Origin: Escherichia phage vB_EcoM_ASO2A
Sequence record: MZ726793.1
Length of the DNA stretch: 64,000 nucleotides
Strand: one strand, 5' to 3'
Part shown: piece after piece, positions 10,014-18,868 of the stretch
Position numbering within the stretch: the first letter of the stretch is position 1
How the letters are laid out: each line of letters begins with the position of its first letter
Notes under the pieces: generated by a model
Told to the model about the DNA's origin: nothing
The model's database searches: none
What the model saw: the letters and a program-made list of their open reading frames with translations, nothing else
Translations under genes and position numbers: made by a program

Positions 10014-10338
10014 TTAAATCCTCCACTATTTCACAAAAACCTCTTAAGCTTAAAATATCTTCTTCCTCAAAATCATTGCTCCGGTAGAAAGCTTCCAGTG
10101 CTTCCCATACGCTTCTACCAAGTATAACAGTCACTGTTTCTTCACTTCTTGCCCTTGTTATTGCGTAAGCCGTGGCTTCTGGATAAAAAGATTCCCAAAT
10201 CTGCATGTTAGCTATTTCAAGACCGCCAAGATAATGGTGACACCAAGTAGGGGTAAAATCTTCAGGGCGAATCAACAGAGGCTTAAACCCAGGTCGGTAG
10301 ATTGGGGTTACTCCAGGTAAAACTATAATTGTGCTCAT
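10000..10338 (-). CDS. hypothetical protein between nrdA and nrdB
   Basis: Start trimmed to the internal Met preceded by GAGGAGG; the upstream part of the listed ORF overlaps a terminator hairpin. Confidence 0.4.
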   Translation of the reverse strand: MSTIIVLPGVTPIYRPGFKPLLIRPEDFTPTWCHHYLGGLEIANMQIWESFYPEATAYAITRARSEETVTVILGRSVWEALEAFYRSNDFEEEDILSLRGFCEIVEDLNGSN

Positions 10339-10346
10339 AATCCTCC

Positions 10347-10371
10347 TCAATAAAAAGGGGCTGAAGCCCCT
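10347..10371 (-). terminator. intrinsic terminator (minus strand) after nrdA
   Basis: GGGGC-TGAA-GCCCC hairpin followed on the minus strand by TTTTTATT. Confidence 0.6.
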
Positions 10372-10378
10372 AGTTTCA

Positions 10379-12619
10379 TCACATTTTGCAAGCTTCACAA
10401 CCACCATCAGAATCTTCTTGTGCTAAAGAGTCTGCTGATTTTGTTCTACTGTTAAGGTAATACAATGACTTGCCACCCAGTCTAGCAAAATTCAGAATAA
10501 ACTGCATCTCAGCTTTCACTGATAAACGTCCACCTACCAATTTAGAATAATCTAGCCAAGAATCACAAGAAATTCCTTGGTCCGTAAACTTGGTAAAGAT
10601 ACCATACATTTCTGCAAGATCTTTAGCCGGAGTGTCCCAGGCAGACTGGTAGAACATTTTCAGTTTTTCATAGTCTGGAACAATAAATAATACACTACCT
10701 TTCTGACTTTGTTTATACATAATAGTATCACGAACAGGATACAGAGAGTTAGTAGTATTGCTTACCAAACTGCTGGACTCATTAGGTGCAATAGCAGCCA
10801 AGACACTGTTACGGATACCACCTTGTTCAATGATTTCAGCACGTAAGCCTTCCCAGTCCATTTTAAGATCAAAATTACCGATACTATCTACTGTTTTAGC
10901 ATAAGTGTCAATTGGTAGCCAACCTTGAGGCCATTTGGTCTTATCGATCCATTCTGCATTACCTTTTTCCTTAGCCAGACGCAGAGAGGCTTTTGCCAAC
11001 CAAAAGTAATGACGTTCTGCAAGTTCATGCATTAATTTTTTAGCATAAGCGTCTGAATAATTTACAAAATTACTTGCCAAATAATGCGCTAAGTTTGTAA
11101 TGCCTACACCAATAGATCTACGTGCTTTAGCAGTTATTTCGTTATGTTTAAATGGATAATCCATTGTTTCAATAACGTTGTCAATTGTCAATACAGTGTA
11201 GTATGCAACATCCTCATATTCTTCAGGTAAGACACGACCAGCAACAATAGAAGATAAGAAGCATAAAGCCAATTCTTGATTTTCTGTATTCTCACCAGTA
11301 AAGAGATCCGGCATACTGTGGAAAGCTTTAGTTGGTAAGAAGATCTCTTGACACAGGTTTGATTGATACACCGTATCCAGGAAAGGTGTATGGTTGTTAA
11401 CGTTGTCAGCAAAGAACATGTAAATACGTCCTGTTTCTGCACGTTGAACAATAATCTCTGTCAGAAGATCACGAGCCTTAACAAATTTTTTCTTAATGCG
11501 ACGACGGCTTACTTTGTCATAAACTGCATCAAACTCTTCTTCACTTTTATACAAAGCTTCATAAAGTTCAGGAGCATCATCACAACTAACTAACATCCAA
11601 TCTTCGTTTTTTGCTGCTCGACGCAAGAACGAACGGTTAACAACAATAGAATAATCCAGTTTGTCTACTCGTTTATCTATAGGTGTTGTTGGATTCTTCA
11701 GTCGAATCAGATCGTCGAAGTCTGGTTCAAGTATGGTAAAGGTAACTGTAGCACTACCTCCACGGCTTGCTTGCTTCGAAGCTCCAACACTATCTTCCAT
11801 CCATTTCAGATACGGAAGAAGACCACCATGAATAATACGATTATTCTTAACACCTTGACCTGTGGCACGAGTTTGAAGATTAACACCAATACCTGCGTTA
11901 TTCAACGTATACTCATGAGCTAAGTAATTAGCAATGGCTAAAGACTCTGCCGTATCGTCTGCACGGAACAAACAACAAGACGCACTTCCTTTGATTGGAG
12001 TTCGTAGAGTTGTCAGATACGGCGATGGCAGATTAATCTTAAGATCGCTAACATAAGTATAAAGTTTTTTAATATCTTCTATACGGCGTTCTTTTGGTTG
12101 GATCTCCATAACCTTCATTGCGATACCAATGAAAAGAAACTGTGGAGACTCATGCACCACATCGTTTACTGCATCTCGAATAAGATATTTATCTACCATC
12201 TGACGTAAAACAGAATAACCATAAGTTAGATTTTTATTATGCTTTACAATCTTACCGATTTCTTTGATCTCTTCATCAGTATAATCCATTTTAGCCCAAT
12301 GTCCACGTTCTACCATATCATGATAAAAGGTATTCAGTGAAGGGATACTGTGGTATCCCCCATGAGCCTGTTTGTAAATCATACCCAGAAGAAGTCTTCC
12401 TGCCATATCACTGTAAGCTTGTGTTTTCTTGTCAATACACGCTGCAATCATTGCTTTATGCAGATCACGTGTAGACACACCGTCATAACACCGCTTCACA
12501 GCTTCTAATTCAATTTCAGACCAGTTTAGTTTACCTGCTGCAAATTCAGACCACTTGCGAAGTTTTTCTGGATTAAACTCCTCTGTCTTACCGTTAGATT
12601 TAGTTACAAAACGAATCAA
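10379..12619 (-). CDS. nrdA: ribonucleotide reductase class Ia alpha subunit
   Basis: Active-site NLCQEIFLPT and C-terminal CEACKM redox tail as in class Ia NrdA; 746 aa, no insertion. Confidence 0.9.
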   Translation of the reverse strand: MIRFVTKSNGKTEEFNPEKLRKWSEFAAGKLNWSEIELEAVKRCYDGVSTRDLHKAMIAACIDKKTQAYSDMAGRLLLGMIYKQAHGGYHSIPSLNTFYHDMVERGHWAKMDYTDEEIKEIGKIVKHNKNLTYGYSVLRQMVDKYLIRDAVNDVVHESPQFLFIGIAMKVMEIQPKERRIEDIKKLYTYVSDLKINLPSPYLTTLRTPIKGSASCCLFRADDTAESLAIANYLAHEYTLNNAGIGVNLQTRATGQGVKNNRIIHGGLLPYLKWMEDSVGASKQASRGGSATVTFTILEPDFDDLIRLKNPTTPIDKRVDKLDYSIVVNRSFLRRAAKNEDWMLVSCDDAPELYEALYKSEEEFDAVYDKVSRRRIKKKFVKARDLLTEIIVQRAETGRIYMFFADNVNNHTPFLDTVYQSNLCQEIFLPTKAFHSMPDLFTGENTENQELALCFLSSIVAGRVLPEEYEDVAYYTVLTIDNVIETMDYPFKHNEITAKARRSIGVGITNLAHYLASNFVNYSDAYAKKLMHELAERHYFWLAKASLRLAKEKGNAEWIDKTKWPQGWLPIDTYAKTVDSIGNFDLKMDWEGLRAEIIEQGGIRNSVLAAIAPNESSSLVSNTTNSLYPVRDTIMYKQSQKGSVLFIVPDYEKLKMFYQSAWDTPAKDLAEMYGIFTKFTDQGISCDSWLDYSKLVGGRLSVKAEMQFILNFARLGGKSLYYLNSRTKSADSLAQEDSDGGCEACKM

Positions 12620-12635
12620 CTTCTCCTCCCTATTA

Positions 12636-12890
12636 TTAATGCATATTCAAAACATCTACATCATAACCGAACTTCATTTCATTAAAAAGTCCATTAGCAT
12701 ATAGAAAACCTTCAAAATGAGTTATGTCATCAAACCCTTTTGCTTTTGCTCGACGGTCTGCTTCTTGTCTTTTAGGAGATAAACGTTTTGAAGTGTCTAG
12801 AATTACAGTTACATTACAACCAACAGTTTCATCAAAATAGACTTCGATTTCACAGCCTTCATATTTATTATCAGTCATTGTCCCTCTCAT
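12636..12890 (-). CDS. hypothetical protein (84 aa)
   Basis: ORF with ATGA coupling to upstream gene. Confidence 0.35.
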   Translation of the reverse strand: MRGTMTDNKYEGCEIEVYFDETVGCNVTVILDTSKRLSPKRQEADRRAKAKGFDDITHFEGFLYANGLFNEMKFGYDVDVLNMH

Positions 12891-13330
12891 TGATTAGTAT
12901 CATCTGCTTTCGCAGGATCATAAGAGTTACCGAAATCATCCATCTTAATATGTGACGCACCCCAACCTGTAAATTCTTCATCACCAAAATGAAAAATATC
13001 ATTTTCTTGATAGATTCGTTTAAAACCACAATTAGGTGAAACAGGGAAAGTGAAAAGCGTTGTATTTGAAAACACTACTCGCTTATCGTTATTGCTTCGG
13101 ATATTCACATTACGCTCAACAGAATAGTGTGAATCTTCAGCCATACCCAGCATTACAAGCGACGCTCTAATAACAGCATTTTGTTTCTCGTGTGGGATAT
13201 TGCCATTGTGTTTATTTGATTCTAGTTTCCAGATAGGGGTAGACATTACAGTAGACATGCTTACGGTAGCCCAAGTTGTAGTATTTACTAATGACATATT
13301 TTCTCCTTCATTTTGAATGGGAGGACTCAC
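12887..13330 (-). CDS. hypothetical protein (147 aa), GTG start
   Basis: ORF downstream of a consensus promoter; start codon lies inside a hairpin. Confidence 0.45.
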   Translation of the reverse strand: MSPPIQNEGENMSLVNTTTWATVSMSTVMSTPIWKLESNKHNGNIPHEKQNAVIRASLVMLGMAEDSHYSVERNVNIRSNNDKRVVFSNTTLFTFPVSPNCGFKRIYQENDIFHFGDEEFTGWGASHIKMDDFGNSYDPAKADDTNQ

Positions 13331-13351
13331 CTCCTCCCAGTATTGTGCTAT

Positions 13352-13380
13352 ATTATACTAAAACTAATACTAAAGTCAAT
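13352..13380 (-). promoter_or_regulatory. consensus sigma70 promoter (minus strand)
   Basis: Minus strand reads TTGACT-N17-TATAAT upstream of the 12887..13330 gene. Confidence 0.6.
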
Positions 13381-13395
13381 AACTATTTAAACAGA

Positions 13396-14394
13396 TCACC
13401 ATTTAGTATGATTTGTTAAAAGTTGACGATGTTGAATCCAGCCTTTGAAATTGCCAGACCAAAACTTACCATTACGATCTACATGGGTAATACCTGGTTC
13501 CCAAGAGTTAAAATCCCAAGGAGCATTGATAAACAAATCTTCAAAACAGTTCTCTCCATATTGTTCGCATGTTTCTTGAATTGGAGTGGCTTGATGTTCA
13601 AACGGAGAAGCATGAACCTTGCGCCCAGTCAGCAAACGACCATAGATATCTAAAGCTTTATCTTTAGTTGCATTTAAACGACGATAGCTAACCTGTGCAC
13701 AACATGAAGCTGAAATAGCTTTGGCTTCTTCCAAGGTAAGCACAACAACTTCTCCAGATTCATCTTGAACGTAGTATCCACCAAAAACAAAATGATCGTC
13801 ACCTTCTGTGCCAATATTATCGTAGAAATGGTCTACATAAGGTGTGTGCCATTGCCCTGGTTTCAGCACTTCTGGTGTAGATCCTTCATACTCTTTGTGC
13901 ATCTCTTTAGCCAAAGCTTCGATAGTAGGATCGGCTTCTTTGTCATCACGTAGCCACCAGAAATTTTCATATTCTGTTGCTGTCAGAACTGTTTTAATTC
14001 GTTGGAAAGGTTCCAGAAGACGGTTTGCAACTTGTTTGTGGTACCCTGCCAAAGAGAATTCTTCTGCAAAACGTGCTGCACTAAGCGCGGCAAGATCCCA
14101 CCACTCTTGAGCAGTATAACCTGCATCAATAAGAGCGTCATGATCAACACCTTTATCCTGCATACCAGGTTGGTTAGCCCCAAAACGATAAGGACGAGCA
14201 GGTTGATTTCGCACCATTTCAATCAGTGTTTTAACAGGTATAGCACGGCTAGAAGCAGCATTACGACTGAACAGGCGGTGAGTCATCAATTCTGAATGAA
14301 TAATACGTGGATATTCTAGTTCAAAAGTTACAATCTCTTTTCCGTCTTCAGTGATGGAATGCGCAATAATACTAGCCGAAATCTGTTTTGTCAT
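13396..14394 (-). CDS. thyX: flavin-dependent thymidylate synthase ThyX-like
   Basis: ThyX signature region THRLFSRNAASSRAIP (RHR-x7-S pattern with Thr for first Arg); 332 aa, longer than typical. Confidence 0.7.
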   Translation of the reverse strand: MTKQISASIIAHSITEDGKEIVTFELEYPRIIHSELMTHRLFSRNAASSRAIPVKTLIEMVRNQPARPYRFGANQPGMQDKGVDHDALIDAGYTAQEWWDLAALSAARFAEEFSLAGYHKQVANRLLEPFQRIKTVLTATEYENFWWLRDDKEADPTIEALAKEMHKEYEGSTPEVLKPGQWHTPYVDHFYDNIGTEGDDHFVFGGYYVQDESGEVVVLTLEEAKAISASCCAQVSYRRLNATKDKALDIYGRLLTGRKVHASPFEHQATPIQETCEQYGENCFEDLFINAPWDFNSWEPGITHVDRNGKFWSGNFKGWIQHRQLLTNHTKW

Positions 14395-14403
14395 TTTTTC
14401 TCC

Positions 14404-15012
14404 TTAGTTTTTAAAATTGTTCAAAGTGTTAAAAACATCCAAACATGTTAGCCACTGATCTTCTAAACCTGTGATCACAACATTTGGTTTTTTCTTTAGT
14501 TCTTCTAGATGGTTATCTTTATAAGGCGTATTAAAATATATTTTAACCACTTCATCTGGAAAATATAGTAGGTTATCAGCCCTGTCATCTATTGCTATAT
14601 CACAAGGCAATAAGTATTTTTCTTTCGTAGCAAAAAAGCCGTTACCAGATCCTTTGCTAAAATCAATCGTATCTAACGTTCTTAAAACATGCTTATGTTT
14701 AGAACTTAAGTGACCACCTTTTGTCACACTTGCGATCAAAAGATTGCTACCTTTCCTTGAAACATACTTTAAGAAATCTGGCATACCTGGAACAAAACCC
14801 ATTGTATCATAGAGATGAGGATTATCCAGAAATCCGTAAGGATCTATATTGAACTCCTCCCTGAAACCAGGAAAGTAGTTGGTAAGATCATAGTCTGCAT
14901 TTTTTGTGAATGTGTCTATCTTAACACCAAGTCCACTAATCTTATTCAACCATTCTAACCAAGCAACATCTAATGGAGCCACAACTAAATCCCAATCACA
15001 TACTATCTGCAT
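14404..15012 (-). CDS. HAD-superfamily phosphatase, probable (deoxy)nucleotidase
   Basis: HAD motif I VCDWDLVV (DxDxV), SVT motif and IAIDDRADN motif. Confidence 0.5.
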   Translation of the reverse strand: MQIVCDWDLVVAPLDVAWLEWLNKISGLGVKIDTFTKNADYDLTNYFPGFREEFNIDPYGFLDNPHLYDTMGFVPGMPDFLKYVSRKGSNLLIASVTKGGHLSSKHKHVLRTLDTIDFSKGSGNGFFATKEKYLLPCDIAIDDRADNLLYFPDEVVKIYFNTPYKDNHLEELKKKPNVVITGLEDQWLTCLDVFNTLNNFKN

Positions 15013-15031
15013 AAAACCTCCTCTCTCTTTT

Positions 15032-15059
15032 AGTATAGTTATCTTATACTAACTTTCAA
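15032..15059 (-). promoter_or_regulatory. sigma70-like promoter (minus strand)
   Basis: Minus strand reads TTGAAA-N16-TATACT upstream of the HAD phosphatase gene. Confidence 0.45.
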
Positions 15060-15624
15060 TTTCCTGCAATAGGATTTTGACTATTTGTTTGCGGCGTTTC
15101 GCTACTGTGCTTTCAGGTTCTATTTTACGCTTCTTCAACCAAGCTTTATCTTTCTTAGCTCTACACAAAGCTATTGCTTCTTTTTCAGCTTTCGCTTCTT
15201 CAAAAGATATACCTTGTTTATCTGCATAAGCAAGAATAGAGTTGCACAATTTACAAACCATTCGCAAATCTTCTTCTTTCACATAGATCAAACGGAAAAC
15301 AAAAAGGGGAATATCCTCAAAACATTGAAGTTGTTTTGCTGCGTGAATATGATCCACTTGGAAGTCTTTCATTCCTCCTCTGTGTCCACATATTTCGCAC
15401 TCACAATTCCAAACTTGTTTTGGTTTTCCAGTTTTCTTGTCTATCATCACATTGCCGTCTTTATCTACACGATCAACTTTAAAACGCCTTGCATTGATAA
15501 CCTTAATTTTATTAGGGTGTCTCATCCATGCTTTTCTAAAACATCCCCTAAGATAAGTATAAAATTCAGCTTGTGTTTTCCAGGGTGTTCCTTCACCCCA
15601 CATTATTTTTGGTTCACCTGCCAA
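15049..15624 (-). CDS. HNH endonuclease (free-standing, homing-type)
   Basis: CECEICGH ... QVDHIHAA and C-terminal CKLC Zn-binding arrangement. Confidence 0.55.
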   Translation of the reverse strand: MAGEPKIMWGEGTPWKTQAEFYTYLRGCFRKAWMRHPNKIKVINARRFKVDRVDKDGNVMIDKKTGKPKQVWNCECEICGHRGGMKDFQVDHIHAAKQLQCFEDIPLFVFRLIYVKEEDLRMVCKLCNSILAYADKQGISFEEAKAEKEAIALCRAKKDKAWLKKRKIEPESTVAKRRKQIVKILLQEIES

Positions 15625-15847
15625 TATTGCTCACCTTTTTAGCTGTATATTCCCCTGGTGGGATATTGTGTTTAAAAAACAAAAGGCGGTCTAACCCCGC
15701 CTTGCACATTGTTTCTGGAATAGTCAAAGTTAGTAAAAGTTTATCACCTTTTCGGTTGAATATTTTATAAACTTCTCCTGCTCCATATTGTTTAGTATTG
15801 CTCGCCACTAATACGTTCCTTAAGTTGTTTAATAGCTTCGATTGCAT
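15614..15847 (-). CDS. hypothetical protein (77 aa)
   Basis: ORF only. Confidence 0.3.
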   Translation of the reverse strand: MQSKLLNNLRNVLVASNTKQYGAGEVYKIFNRKGDKLLLTLTIPETMCKAGLDRLLFFKHNIPPGEYTAKKVSNIGR

Positions 15848-16193
15848 CTAAATAAGAAGAGTTATACATGTGTTTCAGTGCTACTCGTACTAAAGGATCT
15901 TTTGTGAAGAAATCAATAAGAAGCATAGCTTGATCATGTTTAGCTGCATTTGTCATAGATGGATAATTTTCACGAACCATATACGTGCTATTTTGCATAA
16001 GGGTTCTTTCTAGTTCAATACAATGAATAGCTTTATCTAGGTTAATCTGACGTTCACCTTTAATACGTGTTGCGTATTTTGCCAATTTGCAAAAACAAGG
16101 TGTGCCACCAACCAAATAAGCTAGTTCAATAGGTTGCATTGCCATTTTTGTGTAGTGATCACCGTCAACCTGATTATCAAAAGCATTAGACAT
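15792..16193 (-). CDS. phage protein with DUF3310-like N-terminus
   Basis: NQVDGDHYTK motif common in a family of small phage proteins. Confidence 0.4.
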   Translation of the reverse strand: MSNAFDNQVDGDHYTKMAMQPIELAYLVGGTPCFCKLAKYATRIKGERQINLDKAIHCIELERTLMQNSTYMVRENYPSMTNAAKHDQAMLLIDFFTKDPLVRVALKHMYNSSYLDAIEAIKQLKERISGEQY

Positions 16194-16449
16194 AATTTTC
16201 CTCCTGAATTCCTACTGCACCTTCTTCTGGGTAGTCTGCATAATAAGCTACCCTACCTTGATAGATAACATCACCATCATTATTGTAGATTGCTGTATCT
16301 TCTTGAATTGTTATTTCAACATCAAGTAAATCTGGGTCTTTCTCGATGGTATAGTTCAAACCTAACATTTCAAACAGTTCGAAAATTTCGTTACCTGTTA
16401 ATGTAATGCTCATATTTCCTCCTTTTATTGTGGTTAGCAGAGTATACAC
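16186..16449 (-). CDS. hypothetical protein (87 aa)
   Basis: ORF directly downstream of a minus-strand promoter. Confidence 0.4.
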   Translation of the reverse strand: MYTLLTTIKGGNMSITLTGNEIFELFEMLGLNYTIEKDPDLLDVEITIQEDTAIYNNDGDVIYQGRVAYYADYPEEGAVGIQEENYV

Positions 16450-16469
16450 TAATATAAAATTTTTGTCAA
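16441..16469 (-). promoter_or_regulatory. sigma70-like promoter (minus strand)
   Basis: Minus strand reads TTGACA-N17-TATACT; sits immediately downstream of a terminator. Confidence 0.55.
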
Positions 16470-16499
16470 TAAAAAAGGGAGCAATAAGCTCCCTGATTA
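16470..16499 (-). terminator. intrinsic terminator (minus strand) after exonuclease gene
   Basis: GGGAGC-AATAA-GCTCCC hairpin followed on the minus strand by a T-run. Confidence 0.6.
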
Positions 16500-17459
16500 T
16501 TAGATTCCAATAATAGTTGCTGCTCGTTTATCCTTGGATCTGGTGTTTGCTCTACTACGTGACAAACCGCCGCAAGATTCACAACGAATGATATCGAAAG
16601 AACTTACCGCAGTGTGGTATTGTTTACCAGTAACAACGTGAACGTGATCACTGCCACAACGAGAACAACGGACCTTCTCATCTGGGTAATAAGCGGATAA
16701 GTTAGGATGCTGTGGAATCCACGGAAGGATTTTCATATACAAATCACGGAGTGAAACAACATCACCATCATTGTAAATCTGCATACGTTCAAAAGCATCA
16801 CGATCACCTTCACAACATGCTTTCCATAAAGGGAATCCCTCGTTATCCAGTTTTTCACTTTCTGTTTCGAAATATGCTCCCATTTCTTTAAGGGAGTTGG
16901 AAGGAAGTGCAAATTGTTTCTTAGCTGCCTTCAATGTATCAACAACTACATAATTAGAAGGAGGAGCCATATCGTGATATGCAAATCGTTGGTTAATGTA
17001 TGCACGGTCAAACTTATACCCGTTGTGTGCCACAACTACATCTGCCTCATTCAGAAGGTTCCAAAGATCTTGGCAAAGCTCCCAATCATCTGTATGATCA
17101 ATATCAAAAAGAGGATAAGAAGACAAGTTCTTACCTTCCACTTCACCAGTATACAGGTCAGCAGAAGAGTAAGATAACAAATAACCCCTACGAATTACTT
17201 GATCTGGAGAAATGAAGGCTTTGAATCGACGGAAAGTATATGCAATCTCTGGTGCAGTTTCAACATCAATAATTTTAATAACGGGTTGTTTCTTTTTAAC
17301 TGGCTCTTGTTTACTTGCTCCAAATCGTGCAAGGAAATCGTTCACTGTGCTTTTTCTTGTTGGACTACCTAAAACAATTGCTGCAATATTACGAGAAGAC
17401 ATACCCTCTGCACTCATACTAAGGATATCTGCTTTCTGCTCTTCTGTTAATCTGCTCAC
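16500..17459 (-). CDS. DEDD-type 3'-5' exonuclease with N-terminal HTH and C-terminal Zn ribbon
   Basis: Exo I IIDVETAP, Exo II VVAHNGYKFD, N-terminal HTH-like segment, C-terminal CSRCGS...CESCGG. Confidence 0.55.
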   Translation of the reverse strand: MSRLTEEQKADILSMSAEGMSSRNIAAIVLGSPTRKSTVNDFLARFGASKQEPVKKKQPVIKIIDVETAPEIAYTFRRFKAFISPDQVIRRGYLLSYSSADLYTGEVEGKNLSSYPLFDIDHTDDWELCQDLWNLLNEADVVVAHNGYKFDRAYINQRFAYHDMAPPSNYVVVDTLKAAKKQFALPSNSLKEMGAYFETESEKLDNEGFPLWKACCEGDRDAFERMQIYNDGDVVSLRDLYMKILPWIPQHPNLSAYYPDEKVRCSRCGSDHVHVVTGKQYHTAVSSFDIIRCESCGGLSRSRANTRSKDKRAATIIGI

Positions 17460-18145
17460 TCTGCCTCCTGTTGTGAGATGTATGACTGAAGCATACTCTC
17501 AAATGTTGTATCGTCATTATCCCAGCGTTTCATGTATACCAACTGGAAAATTGTTTCTATCCATTCATCTGTTGTCATATGGACTTCTTCTCCATCCCAA
17601 GAAGTAAAATTAACACCATCTGGGAACCATGAGTAGTAAGTATCTTTAACTGTTTGGAAAAGTTCTGCTTGAGTTTTACAAGCTGAAAGAAGATTAAAAC
17701 AAGTAATATCTCCGAACTTAATATCAAAATCTTGATAAGGTCGGATACTATCTGTTTTATCTCCCATTAGCATCTGATATGCTAACCAGTAACTGCCCCA
17801 ACCTTTAACTTCTTTCTTTTTACCTTTATCTACGATCCATATATCGCCAATAGACTCGTCAATAAGAATTATATCTGGATTTTTAAATACTCCATCCTCT
17901 TTGTAGAAATTAAAAAGGATACTAGGAGTATGTAAACTATCTTTATCTATAGATACTACGATATAAGAAAATTTACCCGTCCTTTTATAATCTTTATAAC
18001 CTTGGAAACCATACTTCTCTAACTCATCATCAGCTTCTATTACAGTAACAACATCACCATTGTGGAACTCCACAAGATAATCTTTGGTTTCTGAAAGCTG
18101 AAGTGGTTTGATATCTAATCGTTCAGATTTATATTCTACAGGCAT
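17456..18145 (-). CDS. hypothetical protein; reading frame stays open about 147 codons upstream of the ATG
   Basis: ORF from first ATG; upstream in-frame region has no stop and no ATG/GTG/TTG and looks protein-like (see findings). Confidence 0.5.
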   Translation of the reverse strand: MPVEYKSERLDIKPLQLSETKDYLVEFHNGDVVTVIEADDELEKYGFQGYKDYKRTGKFSYIVVSIDKDSLHTPSILFNFYKEDGVFKNPDIILIDESIGDIWIVDKGKKKEVKGWGSYWLAYQMLMGDKTDSIRPYQDFDIKFGDITCFNLLSACKTQAELFQTVKDTYYSWFPDGVNFTSWDGEEVHMTTDEWIETIFQLVYMKRWDNDDTTFESMLQSYISQQEAE

Positions 18146-18586
18146 TTTGAAGGCGTGTCTGAAAGTTTTTCCTACGCCAATAACTCCGCAATATTTTTCT
18201 AAACGTAGATGTTTTAGAATACCTAAGACTTTTGTTTTAGCTGCTTGGAAGGTGTGTCCGATATCTTCTGGCGGGTATTGCTTATCAATGATTTCGAACT
18301 CTTCCTTTGTGAAGGGACGTTTGTTTTTGGAGGATCTTTCTGCATTTGTATCTCCTAGCCAACCTCCAATTTTAGTCTTGCTTTTACCCCAAAACTCTGT
18401 CTTATTTTTAAATTCCTTTTGAGCACCTGAAGGGATGTGCTTCGCAATGATTGTTCTTTTCTCTAATGCAGACGCTGCTTGGAAAGCGATCTGATCATAA
18501 TCAATTGCAGCTATTGTTTCTTCATTGACATATAAATGAAGATCTTCAGGTTTAATTAAAATATAACCGCTAATATTTCCCCCTAG

Positions 18587-18796
18587 TTATTCATCGTCAT
18601 CCTCTGTTGAGAATGTTTTAGTATACGGACATTGACGACTTTTCGGGATTGCTATAACTTCATCTTGGTTAGCGTTAGAATAGTAGCAATATTTTGTATT
18701 GCCATTAACTTCAGAATCAGACAAGATTAAAGTAATTTGACCTGCTGCTACTGTGAAACTAAAAGCTAAAAGAACGACTGTCAGAATCTTTTTCAT
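18587..18796 (-). CDS. small secreted/signal-peptide protein (69 aa)
   Basis: N-terminal hydrophobic signal MKKILTVVLLAFSFTVAAG; same frame as downstream ORF. Confidence 0.4.
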   Translation of the reverse strand: MKKILTVVLLAFSFTVAAGQITLILSDSEVNGNTKYCYYSNANQDEVIAIPKSRQCPYTKTFSTEDDDE

Positions 18797-18868
18797 AACG
18801 CCTCCTAAAAAGCCTACCTCATTAAGTAGGTAGGCATAATATCATAACTAATCCCGCAAGTCAAGAAC

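Noticed and set aside
11188-11593. Minus- and plus-strand ORFs 11188..11451 and 11363..11593 inside nrdA
   Set aside because: Embedded in or antisense to the well-supported nrdA frame.
10379-12619. Intein or group I intron in nrdA, nrdB or thyX
   Set aside because: nrdA and nrdB have normal lengths and continuous frames with conserved ends; thyX is long but shows no intein-style Cys/Ser ... Asn boundaries.
15085-15642. Plus-strand 185-aa ORF antisense to the HNH endonuclease gene
   Set aside because: Phe/Ser-rich low-complexity translation typical of antisense reading of AT-rich coding DNA.
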